From an uncultured Selenomonadales bacterium (GTDB taxonomy: Bacteria > Bacillota > Negativicutes > Selenomonadales > Selenomonadaceae), in the NCBI GenBank assembly GCA_946547205.1, contig CAMNPA010000001.1, positions 1-45,170 of the forward strand: 45,170 bases of DNA. The letters are read 5' to 3'. Each line of letters starts with the position of its first letter. The first letter of the stretch is position 1. The position numbers and the translations under genes are program-made. The notes under the pieces are model-generated. The model saw only the letters and a program-made list of their open reading frames with translations, had not been told where the DNA came from and did no database searches. Below, in pieces: positions 34,231 to 42,095 of the stretch.

Positions 34231-36765
34231 TTAAACTACGCGGCAATTCAGCAAGTCAATATTACTTAAAGTTTCTGCAGTCAACTCTACATCGTAACGC
34301 GCACACAAATTTTGAACCATGTCGATATAAACTGCAGTTGCTTTGGCATTTTCTCCCGCGCGAATCAAGGTATAAGTTTTCTCTATAAAATTCTTCCAAA
34401 GATCGCAGTAAATTTTTTCTGCATCAGTCTCCGAATTTATCTTTTGCACCAACAGTGGAGCAACTCGATAATATTCTTTGATAAGGTCGGCTATGACGGG
34501 ACTTTCCATTTTCATTTCGTCGCGATAAGCTCGAAGTGTGTTAAGTTCCTCGCAGTCGTCGGGCTTATGTAACGCCGCGCACGCCGCACCGGTGATGACG
34601 CAAAAGCTACTGCTAGAGGAAGATTCATGAGATATGTATTCTACTCGCGCCGTGGGTGTCTTCTTTTTTTCTTGAATTTTACGGGCGTTGGCGGATTTCC
34701 ATTTCTTTACTTTTGTAAACTCTTCGTCGGCTTTTTTGTGACCCAGAGACATTGCTTTTCCAAAAAATTTTTCTGCCGCGTCCAAATCCTGCGAAAAAAT
34801 TCCGTCGGGATATTGATACAATCTGCCGCGTTTGTAATAAGAATCTGCACTCTCGCATTGCTGCCACCATTCCAAAGCGCGCCGATCATCTTTTAAAACG
34901 TGATACAGATCGCCGATTCGTTCTTTAACCGAAAGATCGTTTCCGTCTTTTAAAACTTCTTGGTAAATTTGAATGCAGCTCATAACTTGATTTTTTTCGG
35001 CTTCAGTCAAAGCGTGTTGCCCGGCGTGAAGTTTAAACAGCCTTTTGGCAAAATCATCAGCCAAAATTTTTATCGCCGGAATGTAAGCTTTTACTGCCGC
35101 AAGTTTAAAATATCTGTTGGCAGCCGCGTAACGATTTTTTGCCAAATTCATCTCGCCCAGCGCGAAATTTGCTTCCGGAACCATTTGGTCGGCCAAAATC
35201 TGAAGTGCTTTAAAATCTCCGTCGGCAAGCTCAAAAAGTTTTTTTCCCGCCGGTGCAAAGTCCAATTTAAGTGCGCGCTTGTAATAGTTCACTGCATTTT
35301 TCTTATCGCCTGCGTGTTCTTCCCATAATCCGCGAAAATAATTTTCTTCGGGACTTTCAATTAAATTTATGTCGCGAGCGATTTGCATATAATCAAAATC
35401 AGAAAAACGCAATTCCTTGGTAAGGCGCAGTTTTGCACGCCGAATAAATTCGTTATCGGTTTCGCGACGCAAACGCATCAACGCATCTGAATTTACGTGT
35501 TCGCCCTTCGCCGATCGAAAAATCATTTCGTAAACATAGCAATAAACATCAGCGACTTGATTTAAATTTTTCATGTACTCCACAGCCATTTTAAAATCGC
35601 CCAAGTCCACTGCTTTAAAAAATATTTCGCGCCAAATTTCTTTTGTATGTTCGGAACAAGGCATAATTTTTTTAGAGCCCATGTGATTTTCAACGGCGCA
35701 TTCATATTTTCTTGCTTGCTCCAAAAGCGACAGAGAAGCCGCCCGCAACGTTTCATATTCGCGTTCGACGACATTAAGTTCTTGACGAGTTTCCGACTCC
35801 AAGTCCTTTATATTCTTTTTGGTTTCGCTCATCGTTATCAAAGTGATGTCGCGAATTATTTGGCTCTTATCGTCTCGCAGCTGTCGAATTCTTTTCTCGT
35901 AAAAATATCTGATGTCCAAGAGTCTGCTTCTTACCGTGTCGGCAAAATTGCAGTTTCGACGCAGGATATTCAGCTGCTCAAACGCGGAAAAAATCTTGTC
36001 TTCGAGCAGGATAGAAATTTCTTTAAGCTTGTCGTCCCGCCTCAATATTTCCACGTTCTGCGTGACACAGTTAAAAGAAATCGGATGCAGATTTTTACGC
36101 TTTAAAAACTCGTCAAGCAGTTTACGTTTTTTTATCTTGTCGGAAGGTTCGGAGATGAAAATTGAAATCGCGTTCAGCTTTTTTAAAATCGTCTCGGCAA
36201 ATGGAGTCTCCGCATAAAAATATTCGGGAAAATATATGACGGCGATATTTTGGAATCTTCCGGCTTGTTTCAGGAGAAAAAAACGCAGTATTTGCGGCAG
36301 CTTTATATCGCTGCGCCACAGCGAGCCGGTTGCTTGCCGGTATTCGCTCAAACTCAAATCAATCACGTTGCCGACATCATTTATCGCCGCAATCTTTTTA
36401 TTTCCCACAGTTAAAATCGCCATCAAATTTGTATCGAGCATCAAATTCTCTGCCGTTTCGGAGTCCGTGATATTTTCGATAAAATTTTTGATTAAAGTCC
36501 TGTCGAAGCCCACAATTCCGACAAAAGTTTTGCCGATAAGTTCAGGGAATGTCTCAAAAATTTCCATGTCGTCCGCAGCTTTTATGAGTTCCTCAAAAAT
36601 CTTGTCTTTTTCCGGAAAAGACGATTCTTCCAATGCCACACGAAAATTTTTGTTCAGTTCATTATAAAAAGCCTCGCGAACTTCACGGAAAAAATATTTC
36701 TGATTAGATTTGTCGGCGTTTAACAGCTTGGCTACGAGTTCAATGTTTTCCTGTGCACTGCTCAT
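34231..36765 (-). CDS. 844-aa multidomain protein: N-terminal dynamin-like region with degenerate P-loop, coiled coil, Sel1/TPR repeats, Ser-rich linker, Cys-containing C-terminal module
   Basis: FVGIVGFDRTLIKNFIENITD aligns position for position with the P-loop segment IVAIVGRFSAGKSGFINSLTTD of the upstream GTPase but lacks GKS. Sel1-like: AVNYYKRALKLDFAPAGKKLFELA, ANRYFKLAAVKAYIPAIKILAD, AEKFFGKAMSLGHKKADEEF. The tail SSSSSFCVITGAACAALHKPDDCEELNTLRAYRDEM...EYYRVAP has unknown function. Confidence 0.6.
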   Translation of the reverse strand: MSSAQENIELVAKLLNADKSNQKYFFREVREAFYNELNKNFRVALEESSFPEKDKIFEELIKAADDMEIFETFPELIGKTFVGIVGFDRTLIKNFIENITDSETAENLMLDTNLMAILTVGNKKIAAINDVGNVIDLSLSEYRQATGSLWRSDIKLPQILRFFLLKQAGRFQNIAVIYFPEYFYAETPFAETILKKLNAISIFISEPSDKIKKRKLLDEFLKRKNLHPISFNCVTQNVEILRRDDKLKEISILLEDKIFSAFEQLNILRRNCNFADTVRSRLLDIRYFYEKRIRQLRDDKSQIIRDITLITMSETKKNIKDLESETRQELNVVEREYETLRAASLSLLEQARKYECAVENHMGSKKIMPCSEHTKEIWREIFFKAVDLGDFKMAVEYMKNLNQVADVYCYVYEMIFRSAKGEHVNSDALMRLRRETDNEFIRRAKLRLTKELRFSDFDYMQIARDINLIESPEENYFRGLWEEHAGDKKNAVNYYKRALKLDFAPAGKKLFELADGDFKALQILADQMVPEANFALGEMNLAKNRYAAANRYFKLAAVKAYIPAIKILADDFAKRLFKLHAGQHALTEAEKNQVMSCIQIYQEVLKDGNDLSVKERIGDLYHVLKDDRRALEWWQQCESADSYYKRGRLYQYPDGIFSQDLDAAEKFFGKAMSLGHKKADEEFTKVKKWKSANARKIQEKKKTPTARVEYISHESSSSSSFCVITGAACAALHKPDDCEELNTLRAYRDEMKMESPVIADLIKEYYRVAPLLVQKINSETDAEKIYCDLWKNFIEKTYTLIRAGENAKATAVYIDMVQNLCARYDVELTAETLSNIDLLNCRVV

Positions 36766-36768
36766 AAA

Positions 36769-38034
36769 TCATACCTTCTCCGCTAAATGCATGAGATCAT
36801 CAAAATCCCTGTGAATCTTTTCGGCGAGATATTTAAATCTCTTCTTGTTTCCTTGCAACCTGCCGTATTTCTGACACACACGGCTATAAATGTGCACTAA
36901 AGATTTAATTGCAAGAATGTCCATGGCTTTATATACGCTGTCGCCCAATTCGTGTTGACGGTTTCCGGTCGATTCAATTGCCTTATCAAAATCTTTGTCA
37001 ATGGAACGAGTCAAGTTTTTCAATTCGGTTTCCACGTCGTGACTGCCCGCAGCATTTTGACCGGCGAAGTCCAGAAATTGCGCGACAAGATTTTTGCCGA
37101 AATATTCTTTTCCTTCATGCGACGAATAGGCCGTAATGCCGAAAATTTTAACGCCTCTGTTCTTTAGAATTTGCTGACCGTGCTCGACTATTGCCCGACA
37201 ATCGCTTTCCGTCTTTCTGTCTGCTTTGTTCACGACGACGAGCACAGGATTTTCTATCGCCACACGTTGAATGAAATCTATATCTTTATCAACGATGCCA
37301 TCATCAACTGTAACGAGCAATATCAAAAAATCCGCCGCTTTGACTTGTTGTTCGGCAAGATATTCGTCCGTCATGTTTTCGCGAGTATCAATGTCCGCTT
37401 TGTTATAGCCGGGCGTGTCCAGAAAAATAATTCGGTCTCGTTGCTTTGCGGGAAAATTCGGCGTGTATATCACAAGATTTCCTATGAAGCGCGAAAAGCC
37501 TATCTTGTACTCTTCAAAAAATCTGTGCGTCATCGCCTGCATTGCGTCCATATCCAAATTTATTGTTCGCCCGCCGGAATAAGCTTGAATTACTTCCTTT
37601 TGACCGCCGACAATATAAGTGGGAATTGAAGTGGTCGGGTTTTGGTCTTCAGGTAAAATAATGCGGCTGTCCGTCGTCAAAGAATTTATAAAGCCGGATT
37701 TTCCTGCGCTGAAACGTCCGACTATGGCAACAATCGATTTTCCAGACAGCAGGCGAACTTTTTTATACTCCATAATTTTATCGCTTAGCCGCGTGAGCTG
37801 ACGACTGAGCGCGAGAGTATTTTTTCCCAAGTCCTTAAGCGTCAACAGAATTTCATTGTCCAGCATGTAATCGAGTCTGCCGGCAATTTTGTCCGTGGAA
37901 GTTTTTTTCTGATTGTCCGGCAAAAGCTTTGCGATAAGCTCCAAACCTTTTTTCGGGTCGGCAAGATAAGGATTTTCTTCCTGCTCTGCGTCGGCGGTAT
38001 CGAGAACTTCATTAACGTCATCAAAAAAACCCAT
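36769..38034 (-). CDS. Dynamin-like GTPase (short, 421 aa)
   Basis: G1 IVGRFSAGKSGFINSL, G3 FLDTPGYN, G4 VVNKADR. Its start lies 3 nt after the upstream stop. Confidence 0.8.
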   Translation of the reverse strand: MGFFDDVNEVLDTADAEQEENPYLADPKKGLELIAKLLPDNQKKTSTDKIAGRLDYMLDNEILLTLKDLGKNTLALSRQLTRLSDKIMEYKKVRLLSGKSIVAIVGRFSAGKSGFINSLTTDSRIILPEDQNPTTSIPTYIVGGQKEVIQAYSGGRTINLDMDAMQAMTHRFFEEYKIGFSRFIGNLVIYTPNFPAKQRDRIIFLDTPGYNKADIDTRENMTDEYLAEQQVKAADFLILLVTVDDGIVDKDIDFIQRVAIENPVLVVVNKADRKTESDCRAIVEHGQQILKNRGVKIFGITAYSSHEGKEYFGKNLVAQFLDFAGQNAAGSHDVETELKNLTRSIDKDFDKAIESTGNRQHELGDSVYKAMDILAIKSLVHIYSRVCQKYGRLQGNKKRFKYLAEKIHRDFDDLMHLAEKV

Positions 38035-38037
38035 GAT

Positions 38038-40293
38038 TCATACTCCACGCAATTTGTTTTTGCATTCGGCGACGCGGGCAATAAATTCTTTGTAGCGTTT
38101 AATGCTGCCTTCTTTGTCCTGCAAATTTTTCTGTATGTGAGTAATTCGCGTCTCAATCGCCTTTTTAACATCGTCCGTGAAATAGATTGACTGTTCCTTG
38201 AGCGTAGCTTCAATTTGATTGGCTTTTTCTTCGAGCTTAGCGGTTATGTCGCCGGCGATTTTGTTTAGAACTTTGGTTTGTTTAAGTTCAAGGCGCGAAA
38301 TATCTTCATCTTGAACTTGCGCGGACGGGAACTCTTCAAAAATCATCTGATGATATTTTTCGGCGTCGACAACGGAAAAATCGGGAATCGTCACCTTTGA
38401 AAGCACCAGCTCGACGGGAATTAAAATGTCGTTTTCGTCAAAGTCGGCGTCTGCCCTTTGAAAAGCGCGAAGAACTACCTGTTTAATTCTGTTGCGAATC
38501 TCGCCGATGTTAATCGCAAATTTTAATCCCTCGGCAATATTTTTCTCGGCAGCGGCGATATAACTTTGCAGGTTCCTAACGACATCGCTCACATTCGCCG
38601 TGTGATAAATCACCGTGACTTCGTAGGGCACGCGTTCCGTAAAGAAAATCAAAAAGCTTTCCTCGCGATAACGAGTTTCAGTTTTCTGTCCTTCCGAAAT
38701 GGCTATGTCGGTGTGTTCGTCAGCCCGCGCCTTTATCTGTTGAGCAATCTCGACGATATATTTTTTCGTGTCAACTGCGCAAAGATCGAAGGTCTTTTCA
38801 ATGTCGCGGCGCATGGCGATAAGTGCGTTTTGACTTGTCTCCAATTTCTTTTGCAGCTCCGAAAAGTCGGTGGTTTCCGTCAAGCGCAACATCTGTTCGG
38901 CTTCGCTCTGAATCTCGTTAATTTGTCCGGCAAAAGATAACGTCTGGTCTTTTATAAATTCCCGGCTGCGTTCGGCGATAATGTTTTCCTTTTCAGCACG
39001 AATTTTTTTGAATTCTCTGTCGCGCAAACGGTCAATGTTGGCAAGTTCGCGCAAAAATTCGGAATCGGTATTCATTCCCGTAAAACGTTCAACCATCCGT
39101 GTTAAAATGTGCGCTTCCAACTCGTTCAAATCTTCTTTGGCGGAAAGTTTGCGTGAGGCACTGTAAAAAATCGACGATATGTAATAAAGCGACCTGTCTT
39201 CGGCAAGCTGACGTTTGGTTTCCTCTTCGACGCGCTTTAAAACTGCGGCATGTGAATAGGATTTTTCGGCTTGGCGTGCAGCTTCGATAACACGTTCCGC
39301 GCTCTCATTGAGCTTGCGCATCGTCCGCGCATAAACAACTTTAAGCGGCTCTCTGTTTCGCGAAGGATTGTCCAAAATCGCCGAATCAAATTTACTGCCG
39401 ACAATCACGGCGTGATTTATGCTCTCGCCCGGCAAAGTCTTAACGATCAGCGAAATATCCTCGTTGCTCATAAATTGCGGCGTGGGACTTAGAATGAAGA
39501 CGAGATCGCAAGCCATTAAAAATTCTTTCGTCTTCTCACTGCGCGACGTAATCGGATCGCCAAGACCGGGCGTATCGACAATCTCAATGCCTTTGAGCAG
39601 CTCATTTTTAACGGTCATTTCAATCCATTTCACGATTGGCGTATATTTGCCGTGTGCCCCTACGTATTGTTCCAAATCTCTTTGAAGATTGGAAACGGAA
39701 ATTTCTTGCGTCATGCCCAGCTTCGATAAGATTTTATCATCGTCGGCAGCCATGTCGGTTAATTCTTTGCAGGCGCGATATTGTGCAGGAATTTTGCTTT
39801 TTATGCTCTGAATCTCGCCGGGTGTCAACTCAATGTCTTGGCTGTAGTCCAAGTTGCGCTCTGCATTTGCCTTTTTGCGTGCTTTAAGGTTTGCTTCGCC
39901 GCGCTGCAGTTCGTCATCAAAAAGCTCGGAATTTCTTTCGATAACTGACCAATCGCTTGCGCTGTAAAAAACTACCTTTGCGCCGGGCCGGTCAGCATAT
40001 GAAATTTTTGTTAAAGCCGCAGTCATGGGCGTTGCCGCCTTGGGCAGAATGTCTTTGCCGTCAAAAATCAGCGCGTTCAAGAACGACGATTTGCCTGCTT
40101 TCACTTGACCGACTATGCCAATTTTCAAGTCGCGATTGGTAATCAGAATTTCTTCCGCATGAGTTTTCGCACGCCGAACTTTTTCTTCAAAGTCGCGGAT
40201 ATAATCCGGGTTGACAAAATTTTCTCCGCCTTTAAGCTTTTCGAGGATGCCTTCAATCTTCTGAAGGAACTCGGCGCAATTTTGATTCTCCAT
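38038..40293 (-). CDS. Dynamin-like GTPase (751 aa) with long helical stalk
   Basis: G1 GIVGQVKAGKSSFLNAL, G3 IVDTPGLGDP, G4-like VGSKFD. The C-terminal ~400 aa is helical and charged. The ATG at 40293 is preceded by AGGAG; the track start at 40380 is an extension inside the upstream gene. Confidence 0.85.
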   Translation of the reverse strand: MENQNCAEFLQKIEGILEKLKGGENFVNPDYIRDFEEKVRRAKTHAEEILITNRDLKIGIVGQVKAGKSSFLNALIFDGKDILPKAATPMTAALTKISYADRPGAKVVFYSASDWSVIERNSELFDDELQRGEANLKARKKANAERNLDYSQDIELTPGEIQSIKSKIPAQYRACKELTDMAADDDKILSKLGMTQEISVSNLQRDLEQYVGAHGKYTPIVKWIEMTVKNELLKGIEIVDTPGLGDPITSRSEKTKEFLMACDLVFILSPTPQFMSNEDISLIVKTLPGESINHAVIVGSKFDSAILDNPSRNREPLKVVYARTMRKLNESAERVIEAARQAEKSYSHAAVLKRVEEETKRQLAEDRSLYYISSIFYSASRKLSAKEDLNELEAHILTRMVERFTGMNTDSEFLRELANIDRLRDREFKKIRAEKENIIAERSREFIKDQTLSFAGQINEIQSEAEQMLRLTETTDFSELQKKLETSQNALIAMRRDIEKTFDLCAVDTKKYIVEIAQQIKARADEHTDIAISEGQKTETRYREESFLIFFTERVPYEVTVIYHTANVSDVVRNLQSYIAAAEKNIAEGLKFAINIGEIRNRIKQVVLRAFQRADADFDENDILIPVELVLSKVTIPDFSVVDAEKYHQMIFEEFPSAQVQDEDISRLELKQTKVLNKIAGDITAKLEEKANQIEATLKEQSIYFTDDVKKAIETRITHIQKNLQDKEGSIKRYKEFIARVAECKNKLRGV

Positions 40294-40303
40294 AAAAATT
40301 CTC

Positions 40304-41983
40304 CTATGCACGTTCAATTTGACCGATAATCTCTTCCAGCCTGTGAATGTCCGCCGACAGTTTCGATTTTTTTTGCTCAACGGCAGTCACGCGGTCAGCC
40401 TTTTCGTCTTTGAGTTGTTGAAGGGCAGATATTTCGTTGTCGAGTGTGGCCTGAAATTCTTCCTCAAGCTCCGTCAGTCGTTCGTCTTCAACTTTTAAAA
40501 GTGCCTCGCGAATCTCCGGCCGAAGCTTGTCGCAAATTTGCGGAATAACTTCATGTTCAATGCGCTCACGCAATTTTTCTTCTTTGGAGCGACCAAGCAA
40601 ATTGTTCAACGCGCCGACAATATCGGGCAAGAAAATTATAATCAATTCAAGCCACGGAGCTACTACACTTGTTGTAAGTGCCAGACCCGTCGAGAACATT
40701 TGGTACATGCCTTTATATTTTTTTGCCTTCGCGAAAATTTTTCCGCCTTCGACAATCGCTTTCAACGCGCCGGCAGTTTTTCTTATCTGTCCTTCCGCCT
40801 TGTCAACATCTATCGGCTCCTGTCGATCCGATTCTATAATCGTGTCAATGTAATTGTCAAAGCTCGCGTCAATGTTTTGTTGAGTGGACTGCAAAATTAT
40901 CGGGCGAATGATGTCGTTGACCGCCGAATTAAATTCCATGCTTCCCTGTTGAGCAGAGTAAACCAACGTTCCCATTTGCTTTTTGAGGCCGGCTTCCACG
41001 TCCTGCAGAATTTTTTTCGGAACTTCCTGCTGCAAGGAGTTATGTAATTTTTTCTTCTCGCGTTTCATCGACAGGATGACGGAATTTTTTCGTTGCTCTT
41101 GATTTCGAATTGCAAAGTCGAGATCGTGCGGATTGAATTCCAAAGCTGAAAGTTGCATTTCCAGCGTCTGAACGGTCTGCCTGAGCAGCGTTATAACTTT
41201 ATTGCCAAGTTTCTGCAAAAGAAGTTCGTCGGAAGAAAAATTTCCCAAAAGTGCCGCGACTTTTTCGCCGCAGTCCGAATCATGCTTCGAGGTCACGATA
41301 AGCGAAACGTTCTTGCCCAAAATTTCTTTCAGCGCAGTTTCTATGTTCTCCGTCACGTTTGCAACATCCGTCGGCAACAATTTATCGCGCTTGGTCAGGA
41401 CAAAGGCAATCGACGTGCTGTATTCTTTTATCTCGTTCAAAAAATTTAAGGTGCTTTCGCCCACGGTGCCCTTTTCCAAATTCACGACAAAAACATAGGC
41501 AGCGGCGTCACCAAGATATTGCAGCAAAGCTTTATTGTGTGCCTCGATGCCGGAATCAAAGCCGGGCATATCAACCGGAATCAGATCGTTAATTTTTTTC
41601 AACCGCTCGTTGTTAAGATGATAAATGCACTTGCCGTAATTTTTGGCAGGAATTTTTTCCGCGTGCTGCAACGAGTATTCGCAGCTTTCGCCGTCATCCG
41701 TGACGCAAACAATCTTTTCGGCGGGACTGTAAATCAATTCGGCAGACACGGCTGTTTCAGGCGGAATGTCTTCACGCAAAATTTCTTTGTCGCCCAAAAA
41801 TGAATTGAGCAACGCCGATTTGCCGGCACTAAAACTGCCGACAAATAAAATCTTGGCGGAAAAATCTTCGATATTTTTTTTGCGCTCCACAAAACGCGGT
41901 CGAAGTATATCATTTTCCGCTTGATGACTGATTAAAATTTCTTCCGCTTCGTTAAGACAGTGAAGCAATTCGGTTTTGTTCAT
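40304..41983 (-). CDS. Dynamin-like GTPase (559 aa) with membrane-insertion hairpin
   Basis: G1 FVGSFSAGKSALLNSF, G3 PVDMPGFDSG, G4 VLTKRDK. Hydrophobic paddle MFSTGLALTTSVVAPWLELIIIFLPDIVGAL before a terminal coiled coil. RBS AAAGGAG precedes the ATG at 41983. Confidence 0.85.
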   Translation of the reverse strand: MNKTELLHCLNEAEEILISHQAENDILRPRFVERKKNIEDFSAKILFVGSFSAGKSALLNSFLGDKEILREDIPPETAVSAELIYSPAEKIVCVTDDGESCEYSLQHAEKIPAKNYGKCIYHLNNERLKKINDLIPVDMPGFDSGIEAHNKALLQYLGDAAAYVFVVNLEKGTVGESTLNFLNEIKEYSTSIAFVLTKRDKLLPTDVANVTENIETALKEILGKNVSLIVTSKHDSDCGEKVAALLGNFSSDELLLQKLGNKVITLLRQTVQTLEMQLSALEFNPHDLDFAIRNQEQRKNSVILSMKREKKKLHNSLQQEVPKKILQDVEAGLKKQMGTLVYSAQQGSMEFNSAVNDIIRPIILQSTQQNIDASFDNYIDTIIESDRQEPIDVDKAEGQIRKTAGALKAIVEGGKIFAKAKKYKGMYQMFSTGLALTTSVVAPWLELIIIFLPDIVGALNNLLGRSKEEKLRERIEHEVIPQICDKLRPEIREALLKVEDERLTELEEEFQATLDNEISALQQLKDEKADRVTAVEQKKSKLSADIHRLEEIIGQIERA

Positions 41984-42024
41984 TCGAGATAACTCCTTTT
42001 TAGATTCGTGATTGAACGCTTGAA

Positions 42025-42074
42025 ATAATAACGAAAATTAACAAGCTCCGCAAGCACATTGACCTGCAGAGCTT
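42025..42074 (-). terminator. Possible terminator/attenuator hairpin between the RTX gene and the dynamin operon
   Basis: Minus-strand AAGCUCUGC-14 nt-GCGGAGCUU (9 bp including one G-U pair) followed by the U-rich GUUAAUUUUCGUUAUUAUUUC. The large loop and interrupted U-tract make this weak. Confidence 0.3.
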
Positions 42075-42095
42075 TGATGTCTTGTGAAGAAAATT

